64,000 nt of DNA from Takakia lepidozioides (Eukaryota > Plantae > Bryophyta): positions 56,668,001 through 56,732,000 of the forward strand of contig CM060732.1 of NCBI GenBank assembly GCA_030704615.1. The letters are read 5' to 3'. Under the pieces are notes generated by a model. The model worked only from the letters and a program-made list of their open reading frames with translations. It made no database searches and was not told the origin of the DNA. The position numbers were made by a program, and so were the translations under genes. Of this stretch, positions 41,126 to 53,639 are shown piece after piece (the first letter of the stretch is position 1; the number at the start of each line of letters is the position of its first letter).

Positions 41126-42815
41126 GGAAATACGGCGCCGCATTTCCGTATTGCATCTTGGTCATGCAACAGAGCGACGGAAATGCGGCACCGAGTTTCC
41201 GTCCGGGGGAAACCTTTATACTCTCCAGAACGGAAATGCGGTAACGCATTTCCATCCAGCAAGCACGGTATGTGAAGGTGGAACGGAAATGGTACCGCAT
41301 TTCCGTTCTGATTGAGATTTATGAACAACGGGAACAGAAATGCGGCACCGCATTTCCGTCCGAGTCGCACTTTTCGACATTCCAGAACGGGAATGCGGCG
41401 CCGCATTTCCATTTTGTATCTGATGCATGGAGCTGAGGGATAGAAATGCTGCAGCACATTTCCGTCCTTAAAAGACATTCATACTCTCGAGAACGGAAAG
41501 TACCGCATTTTCATTCAACAAGCACGGTATGTGAAGGTGGAACGGAAATGCGGTACCGCATTTCCGTTCTGATTGAGAATTATGAACAACGGGAACAGAA
41601 ATGCGGCACCGCATTTCCGTCGAGTCGCACTTTTCGACATTCCATAAAGGAAATGCGGCGCCGCATTTCCATTTTGTATCTGATGCCTGGAGCCGATTCC
41701 GACAGCTTCATACAGCGCAATTCCGACCGGTTGAGACATTCACACTATCCAGAACGGAAATGCGGCACCGCATTTCCGTTCTGACTGAAAATCGTGAACA
41801 TCTGAACTGAAATGCGGCACCGCGAGTCGGAACGGAAATCATCTGACTGAAAATCCATTGAAATTATTTCCATCCGAGTCGAACGGAAATGCGGCACCGC
41901 ATTTCCGTTCTGACTGAAAATCGTGAACCATCGGAACTGAAATGCGGCAGCGCATTTCCATCCGAGTCGCACCTCCCAACATTCCAGAACGGAATGTATT
42001 AGAAAAGGGAAATGCGGCACCGCATTTCCGTTCTGATGAAATATCCTGAAACATCGGAATTGAACCGGTACCGCATTTCCGTCGGAGTCCCACCATCCGA
42101 CATTCCAAAACGGAAATGCGGCACCGCATTTCCGTTTTGTATGTGAGGCATGGAGCTGTGGAACGAAAATGCGGGAAGGCATTTCCGCCAGCGTCAGACG
42201 TTAATACTCTACAGAACGGAAATGCGGTACCGCATTTCCATTCTGACTGAAAATCGTGCGCAACGGGTACAGAAATGCGGCACCGCATTTCCGTTCGAGT
42301 CGCACCTTCCGACATTCTCGAACGGAAATGCGGCGCCGCATTTCCGTTTTGTATATTCGGCCTGGAGCTGTGCTACGGAAATGTGTTGCCGCATTTCCAT
42401 CCATGTGAGACCTTCAACCTTTCCAGACCGGAAATGCGACACCGCATTTCTGTCCAGGTGAGACCTCTATACTTTCCCGAACGGAAATGTGGCACGGCAT
42501 TTCCATTCATCAACTAACGTATGTGAAGTGGGAACGGAAATGCGGCGCCGCATTTCCCTTCTGAATCTCATACATGGAGCTGTGGGACGGAAATGCGGCA
42601 CCGTATTTCCGTTCAACAACTAAGGTATGTGAAGGTGGAACGGAAATGCGGTGCCGCATTTTCTTCCAACAAGTACGGATGTGTAGCTTCGTGATGGTAC
42701 TTAACGGAAATGCGGCGCCGCATTCGCATTCTCGCTCCAACTCATCAGACGCTGGGACGGAAATGCCTTGAAATGTGAACACGTGGAGCAACGGAATTGC
42801 TGCACATGTCGGCAC
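41126..42815. repeat. Phased array of ~30 palindromes CGGAAATG-CGGYRCCG-CATTTCCG, period mostly 52-53 bp
   Basis: Copies at ~41126, 41178, 41231, 41284, 41336, 41388, 41441 ... 42535, 42588, 42641. The ~29-bp spacers recur in a cycle of about five types. It lies between the divergent transposase and ParB-MTase genes. Confidence 0.95.
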
Positions 42816-43162
42816 TCTATCTGACTGAAGGGGCATGAGGCGGCGCGGCCTGACCGTTGGATAATGATGTTTGATTTTCGGACGGCAGGCGTACCCTCAA
42901 CGATTCGAATTTCGTAATGACGCAAACTCCACGAGGAGACACTTTCGTCCAACCTTTCGAACCCAAGTGGTGCATCACCGCCGTTTCATCTACTTTTGTC
43001 GTGTCTCCTCAGTCACCCCTCTCGCGCCCTTTCCATCTGCACTCTTTGCCCCTTTTCCCTCTCTCTGTTCTTCTTATGCTCGAACCTGAGAGGGGGGGAG
43101 TTCGTGCACCAGACAGGAGACCTCGTCGCAAGCTCCGGAAATTATACTTCGGACGTAGGCCA

Positions 43163-46100
43163 ATGCCGAAGGGGAGGAAGCAGATGCGTCTACAGGAGGA
43201 GATTGCCATCTCCGAGCAGCAGGCCACTCAGGCAACCCAGCCACCAGTGAGAGCTCCATGCGATCGGGCTGCGCGCAGCTGATCGAGCACCGAACCCCCC
43301 ATTTTGCTTCTGTAATTCTTAGACTGAATGCTAGGAGACTTGAATGCAGAACATGTTTGCATGCCTAACAGGAAAGGTGGACGTGCTGGAGGGATCGCAG
43401 GATCCGAAGAGCCGCAGGAAGAGTCCGAGGAGCTAGCTGCAGCACGTACACCCACCCGATCCCCGAGCGCGGGTATTCCTGCCGGGCCTAGCCCTCTGCG
43501 ATTCAAAGACGCGTCTTCGAAGGGCAAGTTCAAAGTCCAGAGATCGACTCGCGTTCTTCGATCATGGAGAATCGCCAGCAGGGGTCGGGCCCTTCTCCAG
43601 CAAAGTCGAAGAAGAAGCAGCCCGTCCCTCTACTGGCTTCTGAACCGGCTCAGGCCGATTCACCCCCCCCAACGCGAATGAAGCAGCAGGGTAGAAGACA
43701 GATTCTATTGCAGCAGACACCTTCACCTGCAAGGATGAGGAAGCAGAAGGCAATCAGGGCGACGGGCGAACAATCTCCCGCAAAACCGCTTCCACGAGCT
43801 GAAGCTCAGTTCCTGGAGGATTTCCCGCCTGCAGATGTTGGGGCCGACTCTGCTGCAGCGAAGGCAATGGGATCGACCGTTGATCTCGATTTGGTACCGG
43901 AGGAGGGTGCTGCCGCTGAACGTTCGCAGGCAGACCTCACCACCGATGAGCTAGCAGGCCCGGAGGAGGCCTCTGCATGGCAGAATTGCCCGCACAGGCC
44001 CCAGAGTGCAGCTCCAGTTGAGGATGCTCCACCTGCTCAGCCACTACCGGCACCTACAGACATGTCTCCGGAGGATTTCAAAAGTGCAGCGGATAAAATG
44101 TTGGAGGAGACACACAGTAGCATTGGCAGAGTTCTGGGCAGCAGGGTATTCCAGCGGACTCTTCGAATCCCACTCTGTCGCATGGTCTCCCTTCCCATCG
44201 TCAGGCAGGCCCTTCCCGGAGATGTGGATAAGCTCAAGTTCGCATTTCGAGAAGGGTACCGTCTGGGATCGGCAGCGTTTTACGTTTCCATGAGAATGAG
44301 GACGGCGAAACCCGTGGACCCACTGCCGATGAATTGTCAACGTGGGATACCCACTGGCACACTCGCAACCACGAATTCGAGGCGACGCTGAAGGGTGATC
44401 CGACTTCGGCCATATGTCGGGTAAAATGTTCTTTGTGTGGGACGGGAATCACCGACTTCTCGCCTGGTGGGAGTACATCAAGCAGAACCATGCCAAGCAC
44501 ATTGGCTGGCATTACATGGTGGAGTGTGTCATCCTCAAGGTGAAGGCGGCAGACTCCTCCCTCCTCAAGAATGCCATGGCGGACCTCAACTCGTAAGATA
44601 CTCATACCCTCCCTAGCACATTCGAAATGCGGTGCCGCATTTCGGTTTCCATTCTGGTTTGATTCCGTGCTTCCGTGTACTGAACTGGAGAGTGTGCCTT
44701 GCAGGGTCACTGAGAATGCGTACGTGCATACCCACATGGCACATATGCTGTACAGGGTGAGGAAAACTGGTCTTACTGATCCGCAGATGTTTGCGGAAAT
44801 GCTGGAGCCCGAGCTCATTCAGAAAGCCGTTGCAAAAACAGACCGGACATGGTATCGTCTCACTATGGATGGAATGGTGGAGGTGATATACGAAGTAAGT
44901 CGTGCTCCAATTTCCCTCTGCTCATCCTTCCCCAATTTCCAGTAATGTTTCCACATGAATCGAATGTAACGCTTCTGCATGTTTTTGTTGGCAGTCAAAC
45001 ATCAAGCTGGATTTGGCCCATGCCAAACGCTTCTTCATGGAAAGTGAGGGGCAGGTCAAAACGTTGCAGTCATTGACTGAGCACTTGAAGGAAGCCGGTG
45101 TCAAGTCCAGAACCAAATACAAGTCAAAGCTTGTGAAGCTGGTGGCAATTGCAGATCCGGCACTTGGAAAGGACTTCATCCCCGAGATTGCAAAACACTA
45201 TTCTCGGGCCATGCAGCCGACCATGCAATTGGAGAAACTGCATCACCTCTCAACGGCATGTGTGGAGGCGAAAGAGAAGGTGAGGTTTCAATGCACTGAA
45301 TTTCCTTCCTAGCAATAGCCACTCTCTTCCAGCCACTGACATTGGATCGGAAATGGCAGACACGGTGGCTGTCGATCTGGAATGCATCCGAGAGCATAAG
45401 GACAATGTGGTCTTTTCCACTGGAAGTTTCCGACCCTGCAGTGGATGTGTGGCTCAACCGTATGACTTGGTGGTTCCAGGTAATTCAAGGTACTTCCCCA
45501 GATTTGCTTTTCTGACATGAATTCCCTGAACTGCTACGTGACAATGCATTTGGGAATGGCAGGTAATGTCGAATGCAAAGGAGCAAGTCGTAATGCACAC
45601 AAATTCGTTCGGCTTGTACGTCAAATGGGATGGAACACAGACATTGGAAGACTACGTGACACGTTTCAGATGTGCGTACAAGGACAACCTTTTCGCCAGA
45701 GAGCTACAGACAGCAAGAAGGAGCGTGGAGTTTACACATCAGGAGGGAGCGGGGAAAGCTGCAATGCGAATTGTTTACAGGTGAAGCACAGCTGCCCTTG
45801 TATGCGAAGCCTGGTTACGAGGTTTGTCTCGGAAATGCGGCACCGCATTCGCATTTTATGTTTTCGGTGGCACTCTGCCAGTAGGTTGGTCTCAATTTTG
45901 CTCACGCATGCTGACTGCCTTGCAGGTATATGAAATACGTGCTCCTTCAGACAGGGGCCCTGGCTCAAGAGCCCCCGTTCTTCATGGCTTGGACCGTGGC
46001 GGGCCCAAGCTGTGTCTACACACCCGAGATGCAGAAACAATGGCATCCCGCGCATCTCGTTGGATGCCCGTGGTACCTGGACATGTCTGGCGGTATTGTT

Positions 46101-48279
46101 GACGAGTCTGAGAAAGATCTGCACGCCTTGGCAGAAGAGAAGAGAAAGGAAAGACGTGTCCCTGCTGGGCCAAAGTCGGCAAAGGAATCTGCTGCTCTGG
46201 AAGAATCCAGAAAGGCAGCTGAGATGGCACAAAAGACGGTGGATGCAGCTGTGCAGGCCCAACAGAAGGGGTCGAAGAAGAGGACTCGCCAGCAAGGAGC
46301 AGCTGTTGTGACACCCGCCAAAACGAAGAAGCAGAAACAGCCTGTTCAGGAAGAGGGTGAGGAAGAGGACTCCGATGGAGACTTTGCAACCAGCCCACCC
46401 CCCCAAACGCAGGCTGCCTCCCCTGTGCCCACCGTTGTCACGAGAGGCACGAGAACTGGCTCGGCAAAGAAGGCACTCTTCAACCCCCCAGGGGGGCACC
46501 CTTTCGAGCCGGTGGAAATGAAGAGGCCGAAAGTGGCTCCCGAAACTGTAGTCCAGTGTGTAAATGAGAGTTTCTTGGCGGCTTTGGATGGACGGGCAGC
46601 CAAGTTGGCATACATGAAGACCATGGAGGGTCTGAAGGGCAGAGCACTGAAGAAGGCGACTGCCGAAGAGCCTTCCGACACCCCAGGATTTCAGAATATG
46701 GTCTCGTTCTTTGAGAGGGTGTGTGCAGACAAGGATTGTAGGAGGGGCGGAAATGCCACCGAGTGGTCTTGCGATATGATCATCTTGGATATTCCGGACG
46801 GAGAGCCTGTGGAAGGACTGCAAGCTTTGCCATCTTGGAACAGGTACTCGGAGGACTTTTGGAAGAAAGGATTCGGGCTTGCCCGCATGGTGTTGGACGA
46901 CAGAGGCTGTGTGGTTGTCCTGGCGAGCAGAGGAAAAAACACTCAGACAGGAATTGCGAAGTGGACCCGCAAGAGCGCCGTCCCGATTCTGAAAAAGAAG
47001 TGGACGTGCATCAACACACTGGGCCTTCGGTCGGAAGGGAAGAGAGGTGATTACGACACTGGCACTCGTCCATTCATTTGCTTGGGTGCTTTCAAATGCG
47101 GTGCCGCATTCGGTTTCTAATCGTTTTCCCCCTGTGTATGCAGACGAAGCAGTTCGATGCATACTGCTTTGTGAAGGAAAACTCCACCTTTGCTTTCCGG
47201 AAGGAGGGAGGAAAGGTTGACCCGAACTGCGACCCACTCGATTACGACGTTCTGTTCAACAACGTTCCCAAGGAACTTCTCCCTCATAGCCTCACTTCAA
47301 CGGAACCCCTGCGGTACTCACGGACTCGGAGCCCTGCCTTCATTCAGACAATTATGGGACATGCACAGACGTGGAGGGCACAGTGCTGGACCTCATCTGT
47401 GGGACAGGTATGCAGAATCTTGATCTCTGCTGTTCTGCAAATTCTCGTTAGGATGTAGTTCGCAACATCTGAAGCGCCATGTGGTAATGTGTGGATGGCA
47501 TTGTAACAGGTGCCTCAATGTGGGCTGGGCGGTTTTCCGACCGGCACCTCTTTGCCTACGAGGAGGATTCATCCGTGTGGGGATCCCATCTGGAGGGGCT
47601 GCAACGGAATGTGAAGGCTCCCGACAGAGCGGAAGTCTCCTCGGATTCGTCGGAGTCCGAGGAAGACACAGTGGACATTGATGCAGAGGAGAACCCGGAA
47701 TACGAGTGAGTGCAAACATTGTAAGTTTGCAAAGCCTTCTGGGTCATTTATGTCAAAGGAATTTCCCGACTGTGGTTCTCATTAGTCTCGTTGATGATTG
47801 TCATGTGCAGGATTGCAGGGTCCGGGTCGAAACATGTAGGGCCTACACTTCCTGCCAGGAAGAATGTCCCGTTCTTTGCGAGGGCCGACTTCATGACGAG
47901 CCCGGTGAGGGACTACTCCCTTCCTAGTTATGCAGCTAAACTCGCAAATACAGCGATTAGAAGAAGTGAGAATCCCAGTAAAGTAGAGCAGATTTTGGAG
48001 AGGGCTAGGGAGGACAGAAGGATAAGGAAAGAGTTGGCAGCAGCTCAGACAGGTAGACGGGTACGAAAGTACATATGTGATTCAGCGGATGAGAGCGACG
48101 CAGACAGGGAGGAAGACGACCCAACGGAGGTGAGATGGACAGTTCCGCAAGGGGAAGATGGGATTTTCGAAAGCCTGGCCAACGAGCAGTCCGCTGGAGA
48201 TGAGAGAGGCACTGAGGGGGTGGAGGAGGAGCAGGACAGTCTAGAACAGGATGAGGATTCCGATGATTTTCAAGATTAA
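43163..48279 (+). pseudogene. Element-B multi-exon gene: low-complexity N-terminus, ParB/Srx-like domain, unknown middle domain, beta-class amino-MTase-like domain; frameshifted
   Basis: RIPLCRMV...VR...FYVS...MFFVWDGNHRLLAW (ParB/Srx-like DGxHR), CPWYLD, CDMIILDIPDG, RSPAFIQTIM...GTVLDLICGTG and GASMWAGRFSDRHLFAYEED. GT-AG introns; frameshifts near 43550, 44300-44410 and 47370. Confidence 0.8.
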
Positions 48280-48467
48280 TAGAATTTTAATGAAGTCTCT
48301 GTAAATGTAAATTCTCTTCCAGAGTATATAAAGAAAATTCTGCCCGACATTCGTGACCCCTCTCCAGTGTGCATTCCAGCCACACAATCGCCCAAACCAG
48401 GACGCTCCCAAAATCAGAAATGGGTCAGGGCATTTCCAAAATTTTGGCAACTCTAAGAACCTCTTTT

Positions 48468-49185
48468 GGAAATGCGGCACCGCATTTCCAAAACAGGGGA
48501 GGGACTAATTTTTCCATTTCAATGTTGGCATAGTAAAAAGTAATCTGAATTGGGAATGCGGTGCCGCATTTCCAAAATTTCCTTTGTCCACACGCCAGTT
48601 TTGGCCTCTCCCGCTCATTGCATGGATGCCACCACGCTTACAGAGGTCGAACAAGGAGGTCGAACAAGGAGGCCGACATGGCGGGATTGGAAATGCGGTG
48701 CCGCATTTCCATATTGGGGATGGTGGTTGTTCGAACTGCAGACCCATCAGCAAAAAACTGGCACGCATTCCATTGTAAAAAAAAAGTCGATGACGGACAT
48801 GGAAATGCGGCGCCGCATTTCCAGAACGGACATCGCAATTTGTCAATTTGCAGACCCTCTCTCGGAAATGCGGTAACGCATTCCATCGCGCTGGTCGGAA
48901 ATAGGTGCACTTTTCGAAGTGTTGGACGGAAATGCGGCACCGCATTCCCTTGTCCAAAAAGAAGTTTCCATTGCCAAGCTGGAAATGCGTCGCCGCATTT
49001 GCAATGCCAACCTCGTTTTCTGATCAATTATAGACCCGTGTTGGTATTTCGTGTACCTGGACGGAAATGATGCACCGCATTTCTTGTCCCACATTTGCCA
49101 CGAACACCCCGACATGGAAAAATGACATCGCAAACATGGAAATTTTCAACAATGCCGACATGAAATGCGGTGCCGCATTTCAACG
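48468..49185. repeat. Second cluster of family-B palindromes, downstream of the ParB-MTase gene
   Basis: About 9 copies of GGAAATGCGGYRCCGCATTTCC, irregularly spaced (~48468, 48552, 48689, 48801, 48864, 48929, 48981, 49063, 49162). Confidence 0.9.
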
Positions 49186-51654
49186 ACATGGCGTTACTCT
49201 GGTATATTCTTGACACATGACTCACATACCGGTTACTCTGCTTTATTCAACCAGACAGACAAATTGTAGAAATGAGACATCAAATTGTAAACAGTGGGCC
49301 AAATCCGAGAGTTATTCAACACAATGAAACACAGTCATACAGAAGTGAGGTACATTCCAGGGCACACTCCAGGGCACATTTAAATTTCCCCCGTACAGGA
49401 TCCTGGACCGATGAAGATTGGCTGCTGCATGAATGTAGCCGTTTCAGTTTCCTACCCTGCCATGCAAACTATGGGCAGTCACTGCCAGGTGGGCCGATAG
49501 CCACTGGACACGACGAAGTCCATCCCCTCTTCGATGTAAATGCGGCGCCGAATTTCATCCGGGGGGATGGACTTCGGTGGCAGATCTCAAACTATAACTT
49601 GTTGATGAGAAAGATGTATGGGTTCATCCACCGCTGGCGTGATGAACACGTTCCACCTCCGTCGGTGGGTACGTGTGACCCAGATGCTCCATTTTGGAGG
49701 CCGGACTGCTCTTCCGCTTCGTATCTTTTCCAAAATCTAAGGGCTTCGTAGCTGTCCGCAAGGTCATCGGCATCCAAGTCGTCCTCAGGTCCTCCTTTGC
49801 AAGGATGCCGTGCTTCCGGAACCGGGACGACTGCCCCTTTGGAGGCATCGATTATGCAATGTATTCGGCCACATCGGGAGACATTGTTATCTGGTACACA
49901 GATTACACAGAAGATACTGGTTCGATTGTGGAAACATTGGTGGCTTTTGAGTATATCGTAGGCCACTACGCCTTCGAGCGGGGTGACGATCTTGGTTTGA
50001 GGAGTCCGTGGCTCCTGCGCATCCTCGATTCCGATTTTCCCAGCTACGACGGTCACCCATGCAGAAGAAGGCGCACTGCTATGCTGTTGCGGTGGAACTG
50101 CTGCCACTGGACGTGGGTGGACTCCATCGGAGAGACCTATTCTCCTCGAGGAGTGCGCTCCTCTTCTCCATTGTATGGGGACATTCGCATTGGTGTGGAC
50201 GACGAAAACGTGAAGATTTCCATATTCGATGGTGGTATGATTGAAGGGCAGGACATTGTGGTGAACATCACTAGGGCGGTACAACGGCTGCAATCGACTT
50301 TACATGGAGGAGCCCCAGGACTCATGAGCTAGTTCTGAGAGCAGTCGAAGTCCCATTGACAACGTGACTTGTATTCAGTAGGCACAGGGCTCAAGATTGA
50401 GGCACAATCAGCACAGTAGACGTGCTTCAAATGCAATTCATGTGGATCAATAAAAACCTCATTGTGCCCTCTTTTTATTCTATTCTGTGTCCATTGTTCC
50501 GAGAATGCGTCATTGCTCATTTCGTTTGGGATTGGGAGTGTGGGTGAATTTTGCAAATGGCTGGTAGGCTGAAATGGGCCCCCATTGTACAGAGCAGTAC
50601 CACCCTACCATTCGCGAAACATTGCCTTTCAATATATAATTCTAAATAACATTGCCGAACCTCCTTCATCGGGAGGTCCTTCTCCCCCTATGACCGTGGC
50701 ACCCTAAACCCTATTCCCGCGGACACTCATTTCCGGAAAATAGTGCTGCTCATGTTTTTTTCCACACTTACGACTCTGCTCATGGCTCATGCCGCTCATG
50801 GCTCATGGCTCATGAAATAGCAGCCCCCCTATGGACCAGAGGACAAGCGCACCGACAAATTGACTGTCACGGATCCTAAAGTCAAGCGAGGAGGTCCGGA
50901 CGTTGGGGCTGGAAGCAGTAATCCTCACACCAAGACGAAAGAAAAGCCATTACGGCGAGTCTTACAAGCGTGGGTGTCTCTGTTGTTTCAAAGTCTCGCA
51001 ATGTTATCTTGCTCCAGACATTGCGGTCATCACATATTATAACAACATGCAACACCTGGATGTGTCTGGAAAACCCTCTCATGGCGGATATGCTGAGTTC
51101 CAGTTCAGCCGATATGCTTATGCTCCACATATTAGCGAGGAGCTCAAAAAGTGGATCATGGAATGCTTGTCTCGAGGCTTGAGTCTTGCCCAAGTCATGA
51201 TTGAACACAAGGAGCACGTCATGCAAAACAGTGGTTTGGGAGACGCATGGACACGCGATGACTTTCTCCTCGAGCAAGATGTCCAAAATCTCGCTGAAAA
51301 ACAAGCCTGGCAGACCTTCAAAAAACACGCTGATGATGCACAATCCGTGCGTATGTGGAAAGATCAAAACCCGGACTCGGTCTTCTTCTACCAGGAGGAA
51401 TCATTGGCACCCACATTTCAACATTTTGATGGAGATTTGACCTTCACCATTGGGATTCAGACTCCTTGGCAGCGGTAGAAGATGTTGGACTTGGGCCATG
51501 CGCGCATCATAGCTTGTGACGCTACATTTGGAACTAACCATCACAAGGTCTGCCATGGACCCTCTCCACGGGCTTCTGCTAGCATGATAGCATACTACAA
51601 TGGTCTCCCACTCTTGTGGTGCATTGCTTATTCGTCCTCAATCTCGATAGACCT

Positions 51655-51860
51655 AACTGTTGTAGACCCTGTCCCAGTACACCCTGTTCCAGCAGACCTT
51701 CCACTGCACTCTATTTTAGGGCAGACCCTTTTGCGTGTTCACCCTATCACAGTAGACCCTGTGCCTGTTCACCAAGTTGCAGTACACCCTGTGCGTGTTC
51801 ACCAAGTTGCAATACACCATGTGCGTTTTCACCCTATTGCAGTAGACCCTGTGCCTGTTG
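51655..51860. repeat. Intronic ~30-bp minisatellite (GCAGTAGACCCTGTGCCTGTTCACCAAGTT-like)
   Basis: About 7 diverged units in an intron of the element-D transposase. Confidence 0.8.
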
Positions 51861-52104
51861 GTACGACATTGGTCTGCTAATTACAAATTGTCATTTCATG
51901 CAGTTCCCCTTGTACACGTTGATGGTGTTCGACCAATGGTTGAACGGAATTCCGGTTGCATACATTTTTCAGCACGCAATCGAACATCAGACCTTATCCC
52001 GTGGATGCTAGCATTGCGTGATGCCCTCCTTCAGGAAAAGCCCAACTGGCGGCCAAATGCCTTCATTGTCGATGACGCTGATGCAGAAATCAATGCAATC
52101 CGGT

Positions 52105-52256
52105 ATGCCACATCTCAATCTTCCCTATGGTCTGCTGTATGGTCCGCTGCAAGGTCTGCCATGTCTGGTCTGGTATGCCACATCTCATTCTGCCTATGGT
52201 CTGCCCTATGGTCCGCTTCAGGGTCTGCTATATGGTCTGCCCTATATGGTATGCCC
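52105..52256. repeat. Intronic ~12-bp minisatellite (TATGGTCTGCCC-like)
   Basis: Repeated GGTCTG/GGTCCG units in an intron of the element-D transposase. Confidence 0.8.
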
Positions 52257-53639
52257 TGATTAATCTCATGCTTGTGGCAGTGCTGAATACGAATGCCCGG
52301 TTCAGGCACTTCTGACTTTGTGGCCGCATGCAGGTCTGTTTCCACAGGAGTATGCATTTTTCTTTGCCTTGGCATGTACGGAAGGCCTGGGTCAAGCAAT
52401 CATGCCAGAAAATCAATGATCCGGGAACATCCTCGAAACTGTTGGCAGATATGGGTGACCTTATGTACTGCAGAGGTGGACCGCAGAAAGAAGACGAAGC
52501 TGTGAAATGGGTCACGAAAAAATTGAAGGCAATGAAAAAGAAATATCCGTCTGGTCAGTTGTTCCTCCACTACATTCATGTGTACTGGGTTCCCAAAATC
52601 GCTATGTGGTGTACTGTTGCCCGCAACATTCCACATGCAAGCCAAGATACTAATGCGAGCATCGAGGCATACCACGGAAACTTAAAGGCAAGACTTAATA
52701 TGGGCAAAGGCAAAATGACCGGTCGAAGAGCCGATTGGCTCATATGGGATTTGACTGGGCGTGTACTGGTCCACTACTGGTACGGCATTCATCTGAAGAC
52801 GCATGGGTTTATTCGCAACGATAAACAGGAAAAGCACATTTCCAGTGCAATATGTGCAGCCCGTGACATACCTCTTTCACGTGTGACTTTGCCTGCAGCG
52901 CCTGGGCAGCCTGCTTATGTCATTAGCTCCTTTGATCCGAATACAACGTACACCGTGTTCAATCCAGAGTCGCAGTGGGCCTGCTGCACCTGCCCGTGGG
53001 CGCTGAAAGGCAATCTGTGCAAGCACCAGGTTCGGGTCATAAAGTTGTTAAAACCAGACCTGCAAGACAGTCTCATTGTCCGGACATGTGGTTCCCACTT
53101 CGGTACTGTTCACGGTGGGCTGGAGAATTTGGACGAACACGACGACATGGCAGCATGCGACTTCGAAAGCGGTAACCTGCGTGCAAGCGCAACCCCGAAC
53201 AAGGCAGAGTCATTGCTCATGGCAGACCTGTTGGAAGCTATTTTGAAACGGGAGATAACCGACCTGCTTGACCTTGTACACAACGACGCATACCTTATAC
53301 ACCATTGCTTGTCTGCGGTGCGTGTTTGCCGAGGGCAGATGCAGGACATCCTCGTCAAAAAAGCTTCTGGCATGTTACACCCGGCTGCAGCACGAGCGTT
53401 CAATCGTGTAAAATACAACAACAACATGTCATTGAAGAGGAAAAAGGATTTTGTGGAACATTTTCAAGCTCGGCGGAAAATGAAACTAAATGGGGGGAAA
53501 CGTGTGTCTGCCCTTCCCCCTGTTAGCCTAATTTACTCGGCTCTGAGGCGGGTGTCTCCTCGTCCGAACTGAGAAAGATGGATCAATCTAACTAAGGAAA
53601 GACCTGCAGTTGTCCAATGCGTAGATCAATTCTCACTTG

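Larger units (their letters stand above)
36256..50828. mobile_element. Element B: 14.6-kb Mutator-like DNA transposon carrying a ParB-MTase gene
   Basis: 8-bp TSD CTATGGAC at 36248-36255 and 50829-50836. Imperfect TIRs GAGGTTTACTATTTCATGAGC and GCTCATGAAATAGCAGCCCCC, with subterminal ATGAGCC/GGCTCAT repeats. Removing it restores the host reading frame. Confidence 0.93.
50829..53572 (+). pseudogene. 3' part of host MULE/SWIM transposase (element D)
   Basis: KRGCLCCFKV, FTIGIQTPWQ, ACDATFGTN, FPLYTLMVFD, FIVDDADAEINAI, WHVRKAW, DTNASIEAYH and SWIM CTCPWALKGNLCKH. An in-frame stop at ~51476 and frameshifts. Confidence 0.88.

Noticed and set aside
41126-42815. CRISPR array (24-bp palindromic repeat with ~29-bp spacers)
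   Set aside because: Spacers recur in a cycle rather than being unique, there are no cas genes, the context is eukaryotic, and the motif also occurs singly in introns.
41011-42836. ORFs rich in KCGAAFP / GNAAPHF / EMRHRIS (also 48.2-49.2 kb and 36.5-37.0 kb)
   Set aside because: They are artefacts of the stop-free palindrome read in all frames.
45732-47237. 501-aa minus-strand ORF
   Set aside because: It is the antisense shadow of the plus-strand ParB-MTase exon, which has the conserved homologs.
43163-48279. Bacterial or phage contamination as the source of the ParB/MTase motifs
   Set aside because: The gene has GT-AG introns at positions shared among families and sits inside a TIR/TSD-bounded eukaryotic transposon.
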